From: Candidatus Uhrbacteria bacterium CG_4_9_14_3_um_filter_41_35
GTDB lineage: Bacteria; Patescibacteriota; Patescibacteriia; UBA9934
Direction: 5' to 3'
DNA length: 64,000 bases
NCBI GenBank assembly: GCA_002791275.1
Contig: PFWT01000006.1
Location: forward strand, 8,831-72,830
Under the pieces are notes generated by a model, which was not told where the DNA came from, did no database searches, and was given only the letters and a program-made list of their open reading frames with translations. Below, piece after piece: positions 27,489 through 36,361 of the stretch. Position 1 is the stretch's first letter; every line of letters begins with the position of its first letter. A program made the position numbers and the translations under genes.

Positions 27489-27548
27489 AAAGAATAGGGC
27501 GCAATGTGGCACGAAACATAACGAAGTAGCAACCCCTAATCACACGCT

Positions 27549-27815
27549 TTAATATGATTTGATCCGCTTTTTCCGTATAGGATAATAGACTACTCCAAAA
27601 ATAATAAACAAAACCCCACTCACAGCAGCAGCCCCTCCAACATATAGAAAAAAACTATCCTCCTCAAATAATTTAATAGCTGCAATGCCAAGAACAAATG
27701 CAGAAAAACCCGTTCTTACATACGCAAGTGTGTTGCGCTCATTGGCAAGAATAGTTCTTTCCTGAGCAAGAAGTTTGTGTGATTCAAACGATTTTTTTAA
27801 ATGATTATTTTCCAT
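27549..27815 (-). CDS. DUF202 (YidH-like) small membrane protein
   Basis: LANERNTLAYVRTG motif followed by two TM helices. The start was chosen at MENNHLKK (the ORF track extends to 27893). Confidence 0.6.
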   Translation of the reverse strand: MENNHLKKSFESHKLLAQERTILANERNTLAYVRTGFSAFVLGIAAIKLFEEDSFFLYVGGAAAVSGVLFIIFGVVYYPIRKKRIKSY

Positions 27816-28406
27816 AATGTTATTGTTTATTGTTTTCTTAATAAAGATTACTGGCAAAGTAGTCATCCTAATCGCGGCTAACACAGTAGCCATCCAACAC
27901 CTTCCGCAGTGAATCCCAAATGGTTCACCGATGATCCGATTTTAGCACAAGCAAAACGAGTGGAAATTTTGGATATGCAGTGCCAATGAACCTGAATTTT
28001 ATTTATTTTTTTGTATAAGGCTCAAACGTCATCCCTTAATTTTATAAAAAGCTTAATCGGATTCATCTGTGTTACTATTCCTTCCGAAATTTTAAAACTC
28101 AGAGATATTAATTGAACACATTATCAAGATCGTTAGATGTAATAAGCGTATCACCTTCAAAGCGGCTTAAATCACGTTTCAGTTCTACTTTTGTCTCCGG
28201 AAATTGCTAAACCGTCAATTATTAATGACCATAAACTGTATCGTTCCTTAATTAATTTAAAAGAGCACACTTGAAATAGTTATCTAAATTATACTACAAG
28301 TTTGCTCGATCTGAAATATAACCAATTAAATATGAGCAATGGAAATATTAAGCACCTGGGAGACGATGTTACGAGCTTAATAATTTTTGATTTTCAAATT
28401 TAACAA

Positions 28407-28435
28407 CAAAAATTCCCAGTAAACTGAGAATTTTT
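28407..28435 (-). terminator. Terminator hairpin immediately 3' of tRNA-Val(TAC)
   Basis: Minus strand reads AAATTCTCAGtttaCTGGGAATTTttg. Confidence 0.5.
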
Positions 28436-28436
28436 G

Positions 28437-28513
28437 TGGTGGGCGCTGAGGGACTCGAACCCCCGACCCTCTCGGTGTAAACGAGATGCTCTAGCCAGCT
28501 GAGCTAAGCGCCC
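28437..28513 (-). tRNA. tRNA-Val (anticodon TAC), CCA encoded
   Basis: Manual cloverleaf: GGGCGCT-TA-GCTC..GAGC-A-TCTCG-TTTACAC-CGAGA-GGGTC-GGGGG-TTCGAGT-CCCTC-AGCGCCC-A-CCA. Confidence 0.9.
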
Positions 28514-28531
28514 TTATTCATTTGTGAGAGA

Positions 28532-28560
28532 AATATAACATAGACCTAAATTTTTGACAA
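28532..28560 (-). promoter_or_regulatory. Sigma70-like promoter for tRNA-Val(TAC) (TTGTCA-17-TATATT on minus strand)
   Basis: Hexamers read from the reverse complement; divergent to the tRNA-Leu promoter. Confidence 0.45.
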
Positions 28561-28566
28561 GTGTTG

Positions 28567-28595
28567 TTGACAAGTCGCCATTTTCTAGTTATATT
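28567..28595 (+). promoter_or_regulatory. Near-consensus sigma70 promoter for tRNA-Leu (TTGACA-17-TATATT), 8 nt upstream of the tRNA 5' end
   Basis: ttgacaagtcgccattttctagttatatt read directly; a second TTGACA lies 12 bp upstream. Confidence 0.6.
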
Positions 28596-28603
28596 CGTTG
28601 CAC

Positions 28604-28691
28604 GCGCGGGTGGTGGAATTGGTAGACACGCAGGCTTGAGGGGCCTGTGCCTGTAATGGGCGTGGAAGTTCGAGTCTTCTCTCGCGCACCA
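28604..28691 (+). tRNA. tRNA-Leu (anticodon GAG), long variable arm, CCA encoded
   Basis: Manual fold colinear with E. coli tRNA-Leu: GCGCGGG-TG-GTGG-AATTGGTAGACAC-G-CAGGC-TTGAGGG-GCCTG-variable arm-GGAAG-TTCGAGT-CTTCT-CTCGCGC-A-CCA. The ORF 28589..28792(-) overlapping it is spurious. Confidence 0.9.
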
Positions 28692-28745
28692 GTCGAGTCC
28701 TGCTCAAATTGTTTGGGCGGTAGTTGACAGCAAAAAAATGACGAT

Positions 28746-29099
28746 TTATTCGTCATTTTTTTGTTTAAGGTCCGTCTTGCTCGGTAAATCAACCTGATCT
28801 TTGCGTACTAGCCAAATTAACAGCAAGTCAGCAATTACAGCACCCACTAAAAAGGAGCCAGTAGTAAAACCTAGAGCCATCAGCATATCCGTAACCGCGA
28901 TCGATATGACTAAATTTAAAGTACAGCTATTTCTTTGTATAGTCCCTATAATCGCAGCAAAATAAGCTACACCAACTAATATAAATACCACACCGGTAGG
29001 CTGAGGAATCAATGATATCGCACCAGAAACCTGAGCAACAGCTCGAAGTGCCAATATAAACACCAATACAATCCCGTAATTACTAATTTTATTTTTCAT
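28746..29099 (-). CDS. Small integral membrane protein (about 3 TM), hypothetical
   Basis: Hydrophobic profile only. The start was set at MKNKISNYG to avoid overlap with the upstream gene. Confidence 0.4.
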   Translation of the reverse strand: MKNKISNYGIVLVFILALRAVAQVSGAISLIPQPTGVVFILVGVAYFAAIIGTIQRNSCTLNLVISIAVTDMLMALGFTTGSFLVGAVIADLLLIWLVRKDQVDLPSKTDLKQKNDE

Positions 29100-29100
29100 A

Positions 29101-29847
29101 TTAAAACTTCCGCTCTTTACCAATAATTAATTTCAAATGGCTGGCTAAAACCGAAATTCTAAACTCTTTGCCTTCAAACTGTTCACCGTCTACTCGAATC
29201 CGAACCGTATTTTCGCCCGACATCGTGAGTTCTTTCACGGGCACAACCGTTGATTTAACTTTCTTTCGACTAAAGAGCGATCGATTCACGGTTCGAATTA
29301 CTAATTCAATTTTTCCGTCCGCCGGATTAGCTGCTGGAACAGTTTCATCTTCAATGGCCAGATTTCTAATTTCAATCGAGCATTTTTTAACCGGAAAGAC
29401 TTTAAACTTTCGACCGCAATCAATTTCCATACCCGCGCCATTGTCGATCATGCAGGAATTTATAAAACGATGACCGTTGATGACACCAGTATCAATTGCC
29501 TCAACCATTCGAGCAGAAATAACGTCGCAGGCAGCCACACCGTTTGGAATCCCCAGCATACTAGCAATAAAGTTTCCGTCTTTGCCAAGTGGAATAATCC
29601 CAAGAACCGAGCGGTGGTCAGCGGCAGCGTCGATAACTTTACGCAGGGTTAAATCATTACCCACGGCGATGATAGTTTTTGCCCCTTTCAGACTAGCGTC
29701 ACGAATAAGTTCCGAGGCGTCTCGAAAAAGAGCAAGACGGGCAATCTTGCCACTTATGCCAAGGTCAGTTAACCTTGTTTCAATATTCGCCAGCTCGCGT
29801 TCATACTTTGCGTCCTGTACGAATTCATCGTAAACGTAGTAGTACAT
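29101..29847 (-). CDS. Diacylglycerol-kinase catalytic-domain family lipid kinase (YegS/BmrU-like)
   Basis: DAGK_cat pattern TIIAVGNDLTLRKVIDAA .. LGIIPLGKDGNFIASMLGIP, then a beta-sandwich C-terminal part; 248 aa. Confidence 0.7.
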   Translation of the reverse strand: MYYYVYDEFVQDAKYERELANIETRLTDLGISGKIARLALFRDASELIRDASLKGAKTIIAVGNDLTLRKVIDAAADHRSVLGIIPLGKDGNFIASMLGIPNGVAACDVISARMVEAIDTGVINGHRFINSCMIDNGAGMEIDCGRKFKVFPVKKCSIEIRNLAIEDETVPAANPADGKIELVIRTVNRSLFSRKKVKSTVVPVKELTMSGENTVRIRVDGEQFEGKEFRISVLASHLKLIIGKERKF

Positions 29848-29923
29848 ATAAGACTATAACCATGACCCTAACTATAACTTCAGATTGTCGAGGTTATCGT
29901 TATTGTTATTGTCACCGCTACTG

Positions 29924-30307
29924 TTATTCCTCCGTTTCGATATCTTTACCCGGCTTCCCTTTTGGGATTTTCACTTCACTACCATCCATTGTGACCTTAC
30001 CGTTTATCTGCGCACCAGACAAAACTGACAGCACATCAACTGAAATGTCACCAATAATTCTAGCGCTTGGTGAAAGTTCTAATTTCCCAGCAATTGTTAC
30101 ATTCCCGCGTACCTCTCCAGCAATTACCGCGTTTTGTGCCAAAATATCCGCTTTAATCTTTGCCTGCTCACCAATTCTTAAATCACTAGCTGTCTGAATA
30201 TTCCCGTTTACATCTCCCTCAATGACAACGTCACCCTCACTTACAAAATCCCCCTCTACGCGCACACCAAGCGCGATAATAGTTTCTTGTCCGTTTCCTT
30301 TTGCCAT
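29924..30307 (-). CDS. Bactofilin (polymer-forming cytoskeletal protein, DUF583)
   Basis: Repetitive beta-helical motif (VRVEGDFVSEGDVVIEGDVNGNIQTASDLRIGEQAKIKADILAQNAVIAGEVRGNVTIAG); 127 aa. Confidence 0.8.
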   Translation of the reverse strand: MAKGNGQETIIALGVRVEGDFVSEGDVVIEGDVNGNIQTASDLRIGEQAKIKADILAQNAVIAGEVRGNVTIAGKLELSPSARIIGDISVDVLSVLSGAQINGKVTMDGSEVKIPKGKPGKDIETEE

Positions 30308-30381
30308 ATATTTTTGGTTTTGAGGTTCAGTGAGATTTCACACTTCACTTAAAACTCAATCTTAGGTTAGTTATTTGAAAA

Positions 30382-32088
30382 CTACATCTCCTTCAGCGTT
30401 TCCATGCCAAGGATCTCACATGCATTATCTAAAGTTTGACGTACTGCGTCAATTAATGCAAGTCTAGCCGAGGTTCCCACCTTATCTTCTTCCTCAACTA
30501 TGCGAACTTCGTGATAATACTCCGCAAACATTTTTGCGGTATCAAAAGCCCACTGCGCAATCGAAGCGATGTTGAAAGTCTGACCCGCCTTCTGAATCAC
30601 TAGCGGATAATCAGCAATTGTTCGAATTAGAGCCTCCTCCTTTTCTGAAGTTAATAGGCCCTTTGTATATTTTGGTTTAATCTTTGTTTTTGCCTTAATA
30701 CTTTCGATTCTGGCAATCGTGTACAAAATATATGGCCCGGTAAACCCATCAAAACTGAGCGCCTCAGCCATATCAAAAGTAATAATTGTGTTTGGATCTT
30801 GGCGCAACATCATAAAGTTGATTGCTGAAATTGCTACCGTCTCCGCTACCTTATTAAGTTGTTTTTCACTCCAATCAGGGTGCCGCTCTGCAGTTTCTCG
30901 CTTAATCGCGCCTACCATTGTTTGGTGCAGATCATTAAAAGTTACAATATTCCCAGCTCTAGACGACATCGCCCCCTCTGGCAGATTAACCATATCGTAA
31001 GCTAAATGCACCAATTTTTCCTGAAAGCCCATCAATTTTAGAGTTGCAAATAGTTGTTTAAAATATAGAGATTGTCTATTATCAACTACAAAAATCTGAC
31101 GATCAGGACTAAATTGCTTGTCTTTTTTATAGGCTAAAGCCAAGTCCTTTGTTGCGTAAAGCGAAGAACCATCGGTTTTTAGAATTAAAAATGCGCCTAA
31201 ATTTTCAGCCTCTAAATCAACAATCGTTGCACCCTCACTCTTCTTCGCAATACCATCCGTCAGCATTTTTTTTACAAGTTCTTTACCTCCCTCTTCAACC
31301 TCACTTTCGTAATACCAAACATCAGGGCTAACATGTAGTAACTCAAAAATACGTTCAAATTCCTGAATGCTCCACTGACGGGTTTCTTTCCAAAGCTTAG
31401 TAATTTCATCTTCTCGCGCCTCAAGATCACGTTGGACGGCATCAATCTCAGCTTTAGCTTCTTCGTGCTCTGCTACATAAGTTGTAGCTTCGGTATAAAT
31501 TTCCTGCAAACGTTTAGTTCTGTCTTCCTTAACCAGCTCAGCGTCTCCCTGAAACTTTTGAAAGCCCCAAAGTGCTTTTGCCACGTGAGCGCCGATGTCG
31601 CCGATATAAGCAGCACCAACTGTTTCGTAGCCGTTTACCTTCAAAATATTCAAAACCGCCTGCCCAAGCACAGCATTTCTAATATGACCCACGTGAAATT
31701 CCTTATGCGTGTTTGGCTGAGCATACTCAACTAAAACTTTTCGGTCCTTACCCGACTCACCAAAACCATATTTTGTTCCAGCCCGTTTTACATCTTCAAG
31801 CACAGCCGAAAAAACCGCTTCATCGTTGAAGTGAAAATTCACATATGGTCCGACCGCAATAATTTTTTCAATAAATGTGGTGGGTCCGATGCTCGCCGCA
31901 AGTTCAGTTGCGATTTCAACTGGGTTGCGCCCTTCACCCTTAGCTAACTCAAAACATGGAAAGGCAATATCTCCCATTTTTCTATCAGGTGGTGCGTCAA
32001 ACATATCAACGGTCACCAAAAACTTTTTTCCAATCGCTTTTTTAAGTGAGGTAATTGCTTCTTGAATAGCTTTCTGTTTTGTATACAT
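30382..32088 (-). CDS. argS: Arginine--tRNA ligase
   Basis: Class I HIGH-type motif (PNTHKEFHVGHIRNAVLG), N-terminal Arg-tRNA-binding add-on domain and C-terminal DALR anticodon-binding domain; 568 aa. Confidence 0.92.
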   Translation of the reverse strand: MYTKQKAIQEAITSLKKAIGKKFLVTVDMFDAPPDRKMGDIAFPCFELAKGEGRNPVEIATELAASIGPTTFIEKIIAVGPYVNFHFNDEAVFSAVLEDVKRAGTKYGFGESGKDRKVLVEYAQPNTHKEFHVGHIRNAVLGQAVLNILKVNGYETVGAAYIGDIGAHVAKALWGFQKFQGDAELVKEDRTKRLQEIYTEATTYVAEHEEAKAEIDAVQRDLEAREDEITKLWKETRQWSIQEFERIFELLHVSPDVWYYESEVEEGGKELVKKMLTDGIAKKSEGATIVDLEAENLGAFLILKTDGSSLYATKDLALAYKKDKQFSPDRQIFVVDNRQSLYFKQLFATLKLMGFQEKLVHLAYDMVNLPEGAMSSRAGNIVTFNDLHQTMVGAIKRETAERHPDWSEKQLNKVAETVAISAINFMMLRQDPNTIITFDMAEALSFDGFTGPYILYTIARIESIKAKTKIKPKYTKGLLTSEKEEALIRTIADYPLVIQKAGQTFNIASIAQWAFDTAKMFAEYYHEVRIVEEEDKVGTSARLALIDAVRQTLDNACEILGMETLKEM

Positions 32089-32118
32089 AAGTGAAGTGGC
32101 AATCGTAGTCCCGAAGTG

Positions 32119-33321
32119 TTATTTATTTTTTATTTTAACAAAGTGTCGTTTGCCCTTTTGTAGTACATTGCCCTCTTTTGTCAGTCCTTGCAACTCTTGC
32201 TCATAAGAAGTTATCACTACTCCATCTAATTTTACGGAATTTTGATCAACTAATCGGCGGGCTTCTGACTTTGAACTTGCAAAACCAACCTCAATCAAAA
32301 CATCAATTATATTGGTATTTACAAGTTTTTTAAGTTCAATATCCTCTGGAGTTTCACCAGCTTTAAAGACCTTGTCAAAACCCTCTCTAGCTTTTCTGGC
32401 CTCTTTCTTCCCGTGATACATTGCAGAAACCCGTTCTGCTAGCTCCGCTTTGATCTCACGTGGATTCACCTGAAGCGCCAACTGTTTTCGCGCTCCCGCA
32501 ATTTCTTCGGGTGCATAATCAGAAGCAAGTTCCATATATGGCAAAATCATACTGTCGTCCATCGCCATCAACTTTCCAAAAATATCTTTTGCAGAATCAT
32601 TGAGCGCAATAAACCCACCCTCTGATTTACTCATCTTTTTCCCCTCCGCGTTTTCGAGAAGTTTCATAGTAATCACAAACTTTTCACGCCCATTGATCTG
32701 ACGCTGAAGTGTGCGACCGGCTAACATATTAAATGTTTGATCACTACCACCAATTTCCGCATCTACATCCATTGCCACTGAATCATAGCCCTGCATTAAC
32801 GGGTACATAAATTCGTGCACATAAACTGGCTTCCCTTCCTTGATTCGAGTTTCAAACATATCACGTTCAAGCATTTGCTGAACAGTAAAATGACTCGCAA
32901 GATTAACCACTTCGCTAAAATTCATTTTCTGTAACCACTTGTGGTTGAACATTAACTTCACTGGATTTTTACCTTCAAAATTCAAAATTTTCCCAGCTTG
33001 CTCTTTGTAAGTTACTGCATTTTTCAAAACCTCCTTTTGTGTTAACTGAGTTCGCACTGCAGTTTTATCGGTTGGATCACCAATCATTGCGGTAAACGAA
33101 CCTAAAAGCAGAATTACTTCGTGGCCCAAATCCTGAAACTCTCGAAGCTTTCGCAAACCAATCGCGTGACCAATGTGAAGCATTGGACTGGTTGGATCGA
33201 TTCCGATATAAATTTTTAGTTTTTTTCTTCCCTGAAGCGCAACTTTTAAACTTTCAGCTGAAGGCAAAACCTCACTCACACCTCGAGTTAATAACTGATC
33301 GATTTTTTCTTCTTTGTTCAT
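32119..33321 (-). CDS. tyrS: Tyrosine--tRNA ligase (with C-terminal S4 domain)
   Basis: HIGH (DPTSPMLHIGHAIG) and KMSKS (KKMSKSEGG) motifs, S4-like C-terminus; 400 aa. Confidence 0.92.
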   Translation of the reverse strand: MNKEEKIDQLLTRGVSEVLPSAESLKVALQGRKKLKIYIGIDPTSPMLHIGHAIGLRKLREFQDLGHEVILLLGSFTAMIGDPTDKTAVRTQLTQKEVLKNAVTYKEQAGKILNFEGKNPVKLMFNHKWLQKMNFSEVVNLASHFTVQQMLERDMFETRIKEGKPVYVHEFMYPLMQGYDSVAMDVDAEIGGSDQTFNMLAGRTLQRQINGREKFVITMKLLENAEGKKMSKSEGGFIALNDSAKDIFGKLMAMDDSMILPYMELASDYAPEEIAGARKQLALQVNPREIKAELAERVSAMYHGKKEARKAREGFDKVFKAGETPEDIELKKLVNTNIIDVLIEVGFASSKSEARRLVDQNSVKLDGVVITSYEQELQGLTKEGNVLQKGKRHFVKIKNK

Positions 33322-35984
33322 AGATTATTTATAACTGCCTCGAGTTTTAAAACACGCTCTTTCGCCTCCGCAAGCGAAGCCTCTCTTTGCGTAATAACTT
33401 CTGCGCTCGCATTCGCCCTGAACCCAGCATTACCCAAAGTTTTTTCAAGCGAAAGCACGTAAGCCTTTGCTTCTGCAAATTCTTTTTCTGTCTTGGTTTT
33501 TTCTGCCTCAAGATCAACTAGATCAGCAAGTGGAACGTGAATAGTAGTTTGTCCGACTACACGTGTTGTCACCTGTTCTGGTTTTGTGTCGGTTTCTACA
33601 AAAGTTACCTCCCCTAATTTTACCTGATCAATAATAATTTTTTCTTCACTCTGAACCGCACCCGCATTGACTAAAATAACATCAATCTTTTTTGAATATG
33701 GAATATTATAAGTTGCCCGCACGTTTCGAAGCTGAGCAATTATTCCCCGCAAAACTTCGAAGGTTTCAGCAACCTCTGTTTCAAGTTCGCGTAGAGGCTT
33801 TGGCCACTCCGCTACTATCAGCATGCCAAGCCCAAACTCTTTGTAAAGTTCCTCGGTCACAAATGGCATAAACGGGTGCCAAAGTTTTAGGACGTTTTGC
33901 AATACATACAACAAAATTTTGTCGGTGTTTTCCGCAAGCTCTGGTGAGCGCTTTTGCGTTTTTGCAAACTCAAGGTATTCATCGGCAAAATTATTCCAAG
34001 TAAATTCACGTAAAGTTTCACCAGCCAGCGAGAACTCGTGCTTCTCAAGATGCTCCGTTACTTTTTTAATCACTTCTGAAAGCCGGCCTAGAATATATTT
34101 ATCTGGTAGTGTCTTGCCATCAGCCTCGGTAATCTCTTCAACATTTTGAACCGACATTAAGACAAAGCGACTAATGTTCCAGAGTTTATTTGTAAAATTT
34201 CTAAATGCAGAAACCTTATCTTCTGAAAGCTTCATATCGTTACCCGGAGTCCCGCCGATCATCAAAGAAAGACGAGTTGCGTCGGCACCATACTTTTCAA
34301 TCATTGTGAGTGGATCGATTACATTTCCGAGCGACTTCGACATTTTACGTCCGCTTTCGTCACGCACTAAACCGTGAAGATAAACTTCTTTAAACGGCAC
34401 CTGACCAACAAGGTAAGTCGACATAAGTACCATTCGCGCTACCCAGAAAAACAAAATATCGTAACCAGTTTCAAGCACTGAAGTTGGGTGGTAAAAATTC
34501 AAGTCATCAGTTTCTTTTGGCCAACCCAAAGTTGAGAATGTCCAAAGCCCGCTACTAAACCAAGTGTCGAGCGTATCTGAATCCTGCTCCCAGCCCTCAC
34601 CTTCAGGCGCTTCAACACCAACGTACATATCATCACCTCGGTACCAAACCGGTACGCGGTGACCAAACCAAATCTGACGACTTATGTTCCAGTCTCGTAA
34701 ATTATCAATCCAGTGGAAATAAGTTTTCGAAAAACGCTCTGGCAAAATTTTAATTTGCTCAGACTTCACTGCGTGTTGCATGAGTTTTTTGAGCGTCACC
34801 ATTTCCCCATTTTGAATACCAGTCATGGTATTCAAACCAGTTGCCTTAAAAGCAAACTCTTTATTTACATCAATAAACCACTGATCCATCGGTAAAGGTT
34901 CGATCACTCCCCCGCTTCGCTGTGCCACGGATAAATTTTGAGTAATTTCGACCTCTGCCTCAAGTAGATTATTTTCTCTTAGCCAGTTCACAACCGTTTC
35001 CCGAGCTTCAATTGTTGTTTGCCCGGCAACCAACGTTCCTGCCTCTTTGGTCATTCGGCCATCCTTGCCAATCACAACAACCATACCAAGCGTATGGTTT
35101 CGCGCCATATCAGAGTCGACCATACTGTGAGCCGGAGTTACACCAAGCGCACCCGTTCCAAAAGTCTGATCAACATTTGGGTCTGCAATGATTTTAATAT
35201 TCAAATTTGCTCCAGCAAACTCAACCTGGTATTCCTTGCCAACAAATTCAATATATCTTGGATCCTCGGGGTTGACCGCTACAGCTGTATCGCCAACCTT
35301 TGTCTCTGGTCGTGTAGTTGCAATACTAATTGGAAAATCCTGACTGTACTTAAAGGTATACATTTTTGCAGTACCTTCAATATACTCAACTTCTTCATCT
35401 GAAACTGTGGTTTGTCCTTTTGGATCCCAGTTGATCACGCGGTGACCTTTGTAAATTAAACCGTCGCCATACATTTGTGTGAAGGCGGTTCGTACTGCAA
35501 AATTTCGTTCTTCATCGAGCGTATAGGCCTCCCGACTCCAGTCAACCGAAGCCCCCATTTTTTTCATCTGATTAACAATCGTGTCGTGACTCTCTTGAGC
35601 GAATTGATTAACTCGCTCCAAAAATGCTTCCCGACCTAAGTCGTGACGATTTATACCCTCCTTCTCGATAAGCAATTTTTCAACTTTTGATTCCGTTGCA
35701 ATCGCAGCGTGATCAGTGCCTGGGAGCCAGAGCGCTCGTTTACCGTTCATTCGATTAAACCGGATCATTGCGTCCTCTATTGCCAACATAACCGCGTGTC
35801 CCATATGCAGGGTACCGGTCACATTTGGCGGTGGAAGTACGATTGTAAACGGTTCAGTCCGTTTTTCAAGGTTAGGTAAATTATCTGGATTAAAGAATCC
35901 ACTTTCTAACCATTTTAAATAAGTTGCGTCCTCAACCCAAGCTGGGTCATAGGCTTTTGATAGCTCTTTTTCAGAATCACTCAT
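33318..35984 (-). CDS. valS: Valine--tRNA ligase
   Basis: HMGHA motif (PPPNVTGTLHMGHA), editing domain, KMSKS motif and a C-terminal coiled coil; 888 aa. 4-bp overlap with tyrS. Confidence 0.95.
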   Translation of the reverse strand: MSDSEKELSKAYDPAWVEDATYLKWLESGFFNPDNLPNLEKRTEPFTIVLPPPNVTGTLHMGHAVMLAIEDAMIRFNRMNGKRALWLPGTDHAAIATESKVEKLLIEKEGINRHDLGREAFLERVNQFAQESHDTIVNQMKKMGASVDWSREAYTLDEERNFAVRTAFTQMYGDGLIYKGHRVINWDPKGQTTVSDEEVEYIEGTAKMYTFKYSQDFPISIATTRPETKVGDTAVAVNPEDPRYIEFVGKEYQVEFAGANLNIKIIADPNVDQTFGTGALGVTPAHSMVDSDMARNHTLGMVVVIGKDGRMTKEAGTLVAGQTTIEARETVVNWLRENNLLEAEVEITQNLSVAQRSGGVIEPLPMDQWFIDVNKEFAFKATGLNTMTGIQNGEMVTLKKLMQHAVKSEQIKILPERFSKTYFHWIDNLRDWNISRQIWFGHRVPVWYRGDDMYVGVEAPEGEGWEQDSDTLDTWFSSGLWTFSTLGWPKETDDLNFYHPTSVLETGYDILFFWVARMVLMSTYLVGQVPFKEVYLHGLVRDESGRKMSKSLGNVIDPLTMIEKYGADATRLSLMIGGTPGNDMKLSEDKVSAFRNFTNKLWNISRFVLMSVQNVEEITEADGKTLPDKYILGRLSEVIKKVTEHLEKHEFSLAGETLREFTWNNFADEYLEFAKTQKRSPELAENTDKILLYVLQNVLKLWHPFMPFVTEELYKEFGLGMLIVAEWPKPLRELETEVAETFEVLRGIIAQLRNVRATYNIPYSKKIDVILVNAGAVQSEEKIIIDQVKLGEVTFVETDTKPEQVTTRVVGQTTIHVPLADLVDLEAEKTKTEKEFAEAKAYVLSLEKTLGNAGFRANASAEVITQREASLAEAKERVLKLEAVINNL

Positions 35985-36361
35985 AATAAGGCCAGTTTAG
36001 CGAAAAAGCAGTAAAAGATCAATGTTTAACAGATTGAAGCGGACACTTTGAGAAAATAGGTCAATATTTACTAATATTAGGGTAAATTTTGTCAATGCGT
36101 GTAATAAATTCCGTGTGTGGGTCAATCTAATGAATCTAGGGATCAGTTCAAATGTGGCTGATCCGCTGTTGCAACTGATTCTTATTTAAAACGATATTCA
36201 CATAAACCGTGAATATCTGATAAACTCACCGTGGGTTAGAAAATAAATATTATAGAGATTTTACAATCAAAAGCTTGACTAATTAGCTTGCTCACGATAA
36301 TCTACTTTTTCCCCATGCTGAAAGGAAATAGATCAGATATAAATCACACCTTCAGCTTCGC

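Noticed and set aside
28589-28792. ORF-track CDS (67 aa, minus strand)
   Set aside because: Overlaps the well-folding tRNA-Leu(GAG) gene and its promoter; no coding signal.
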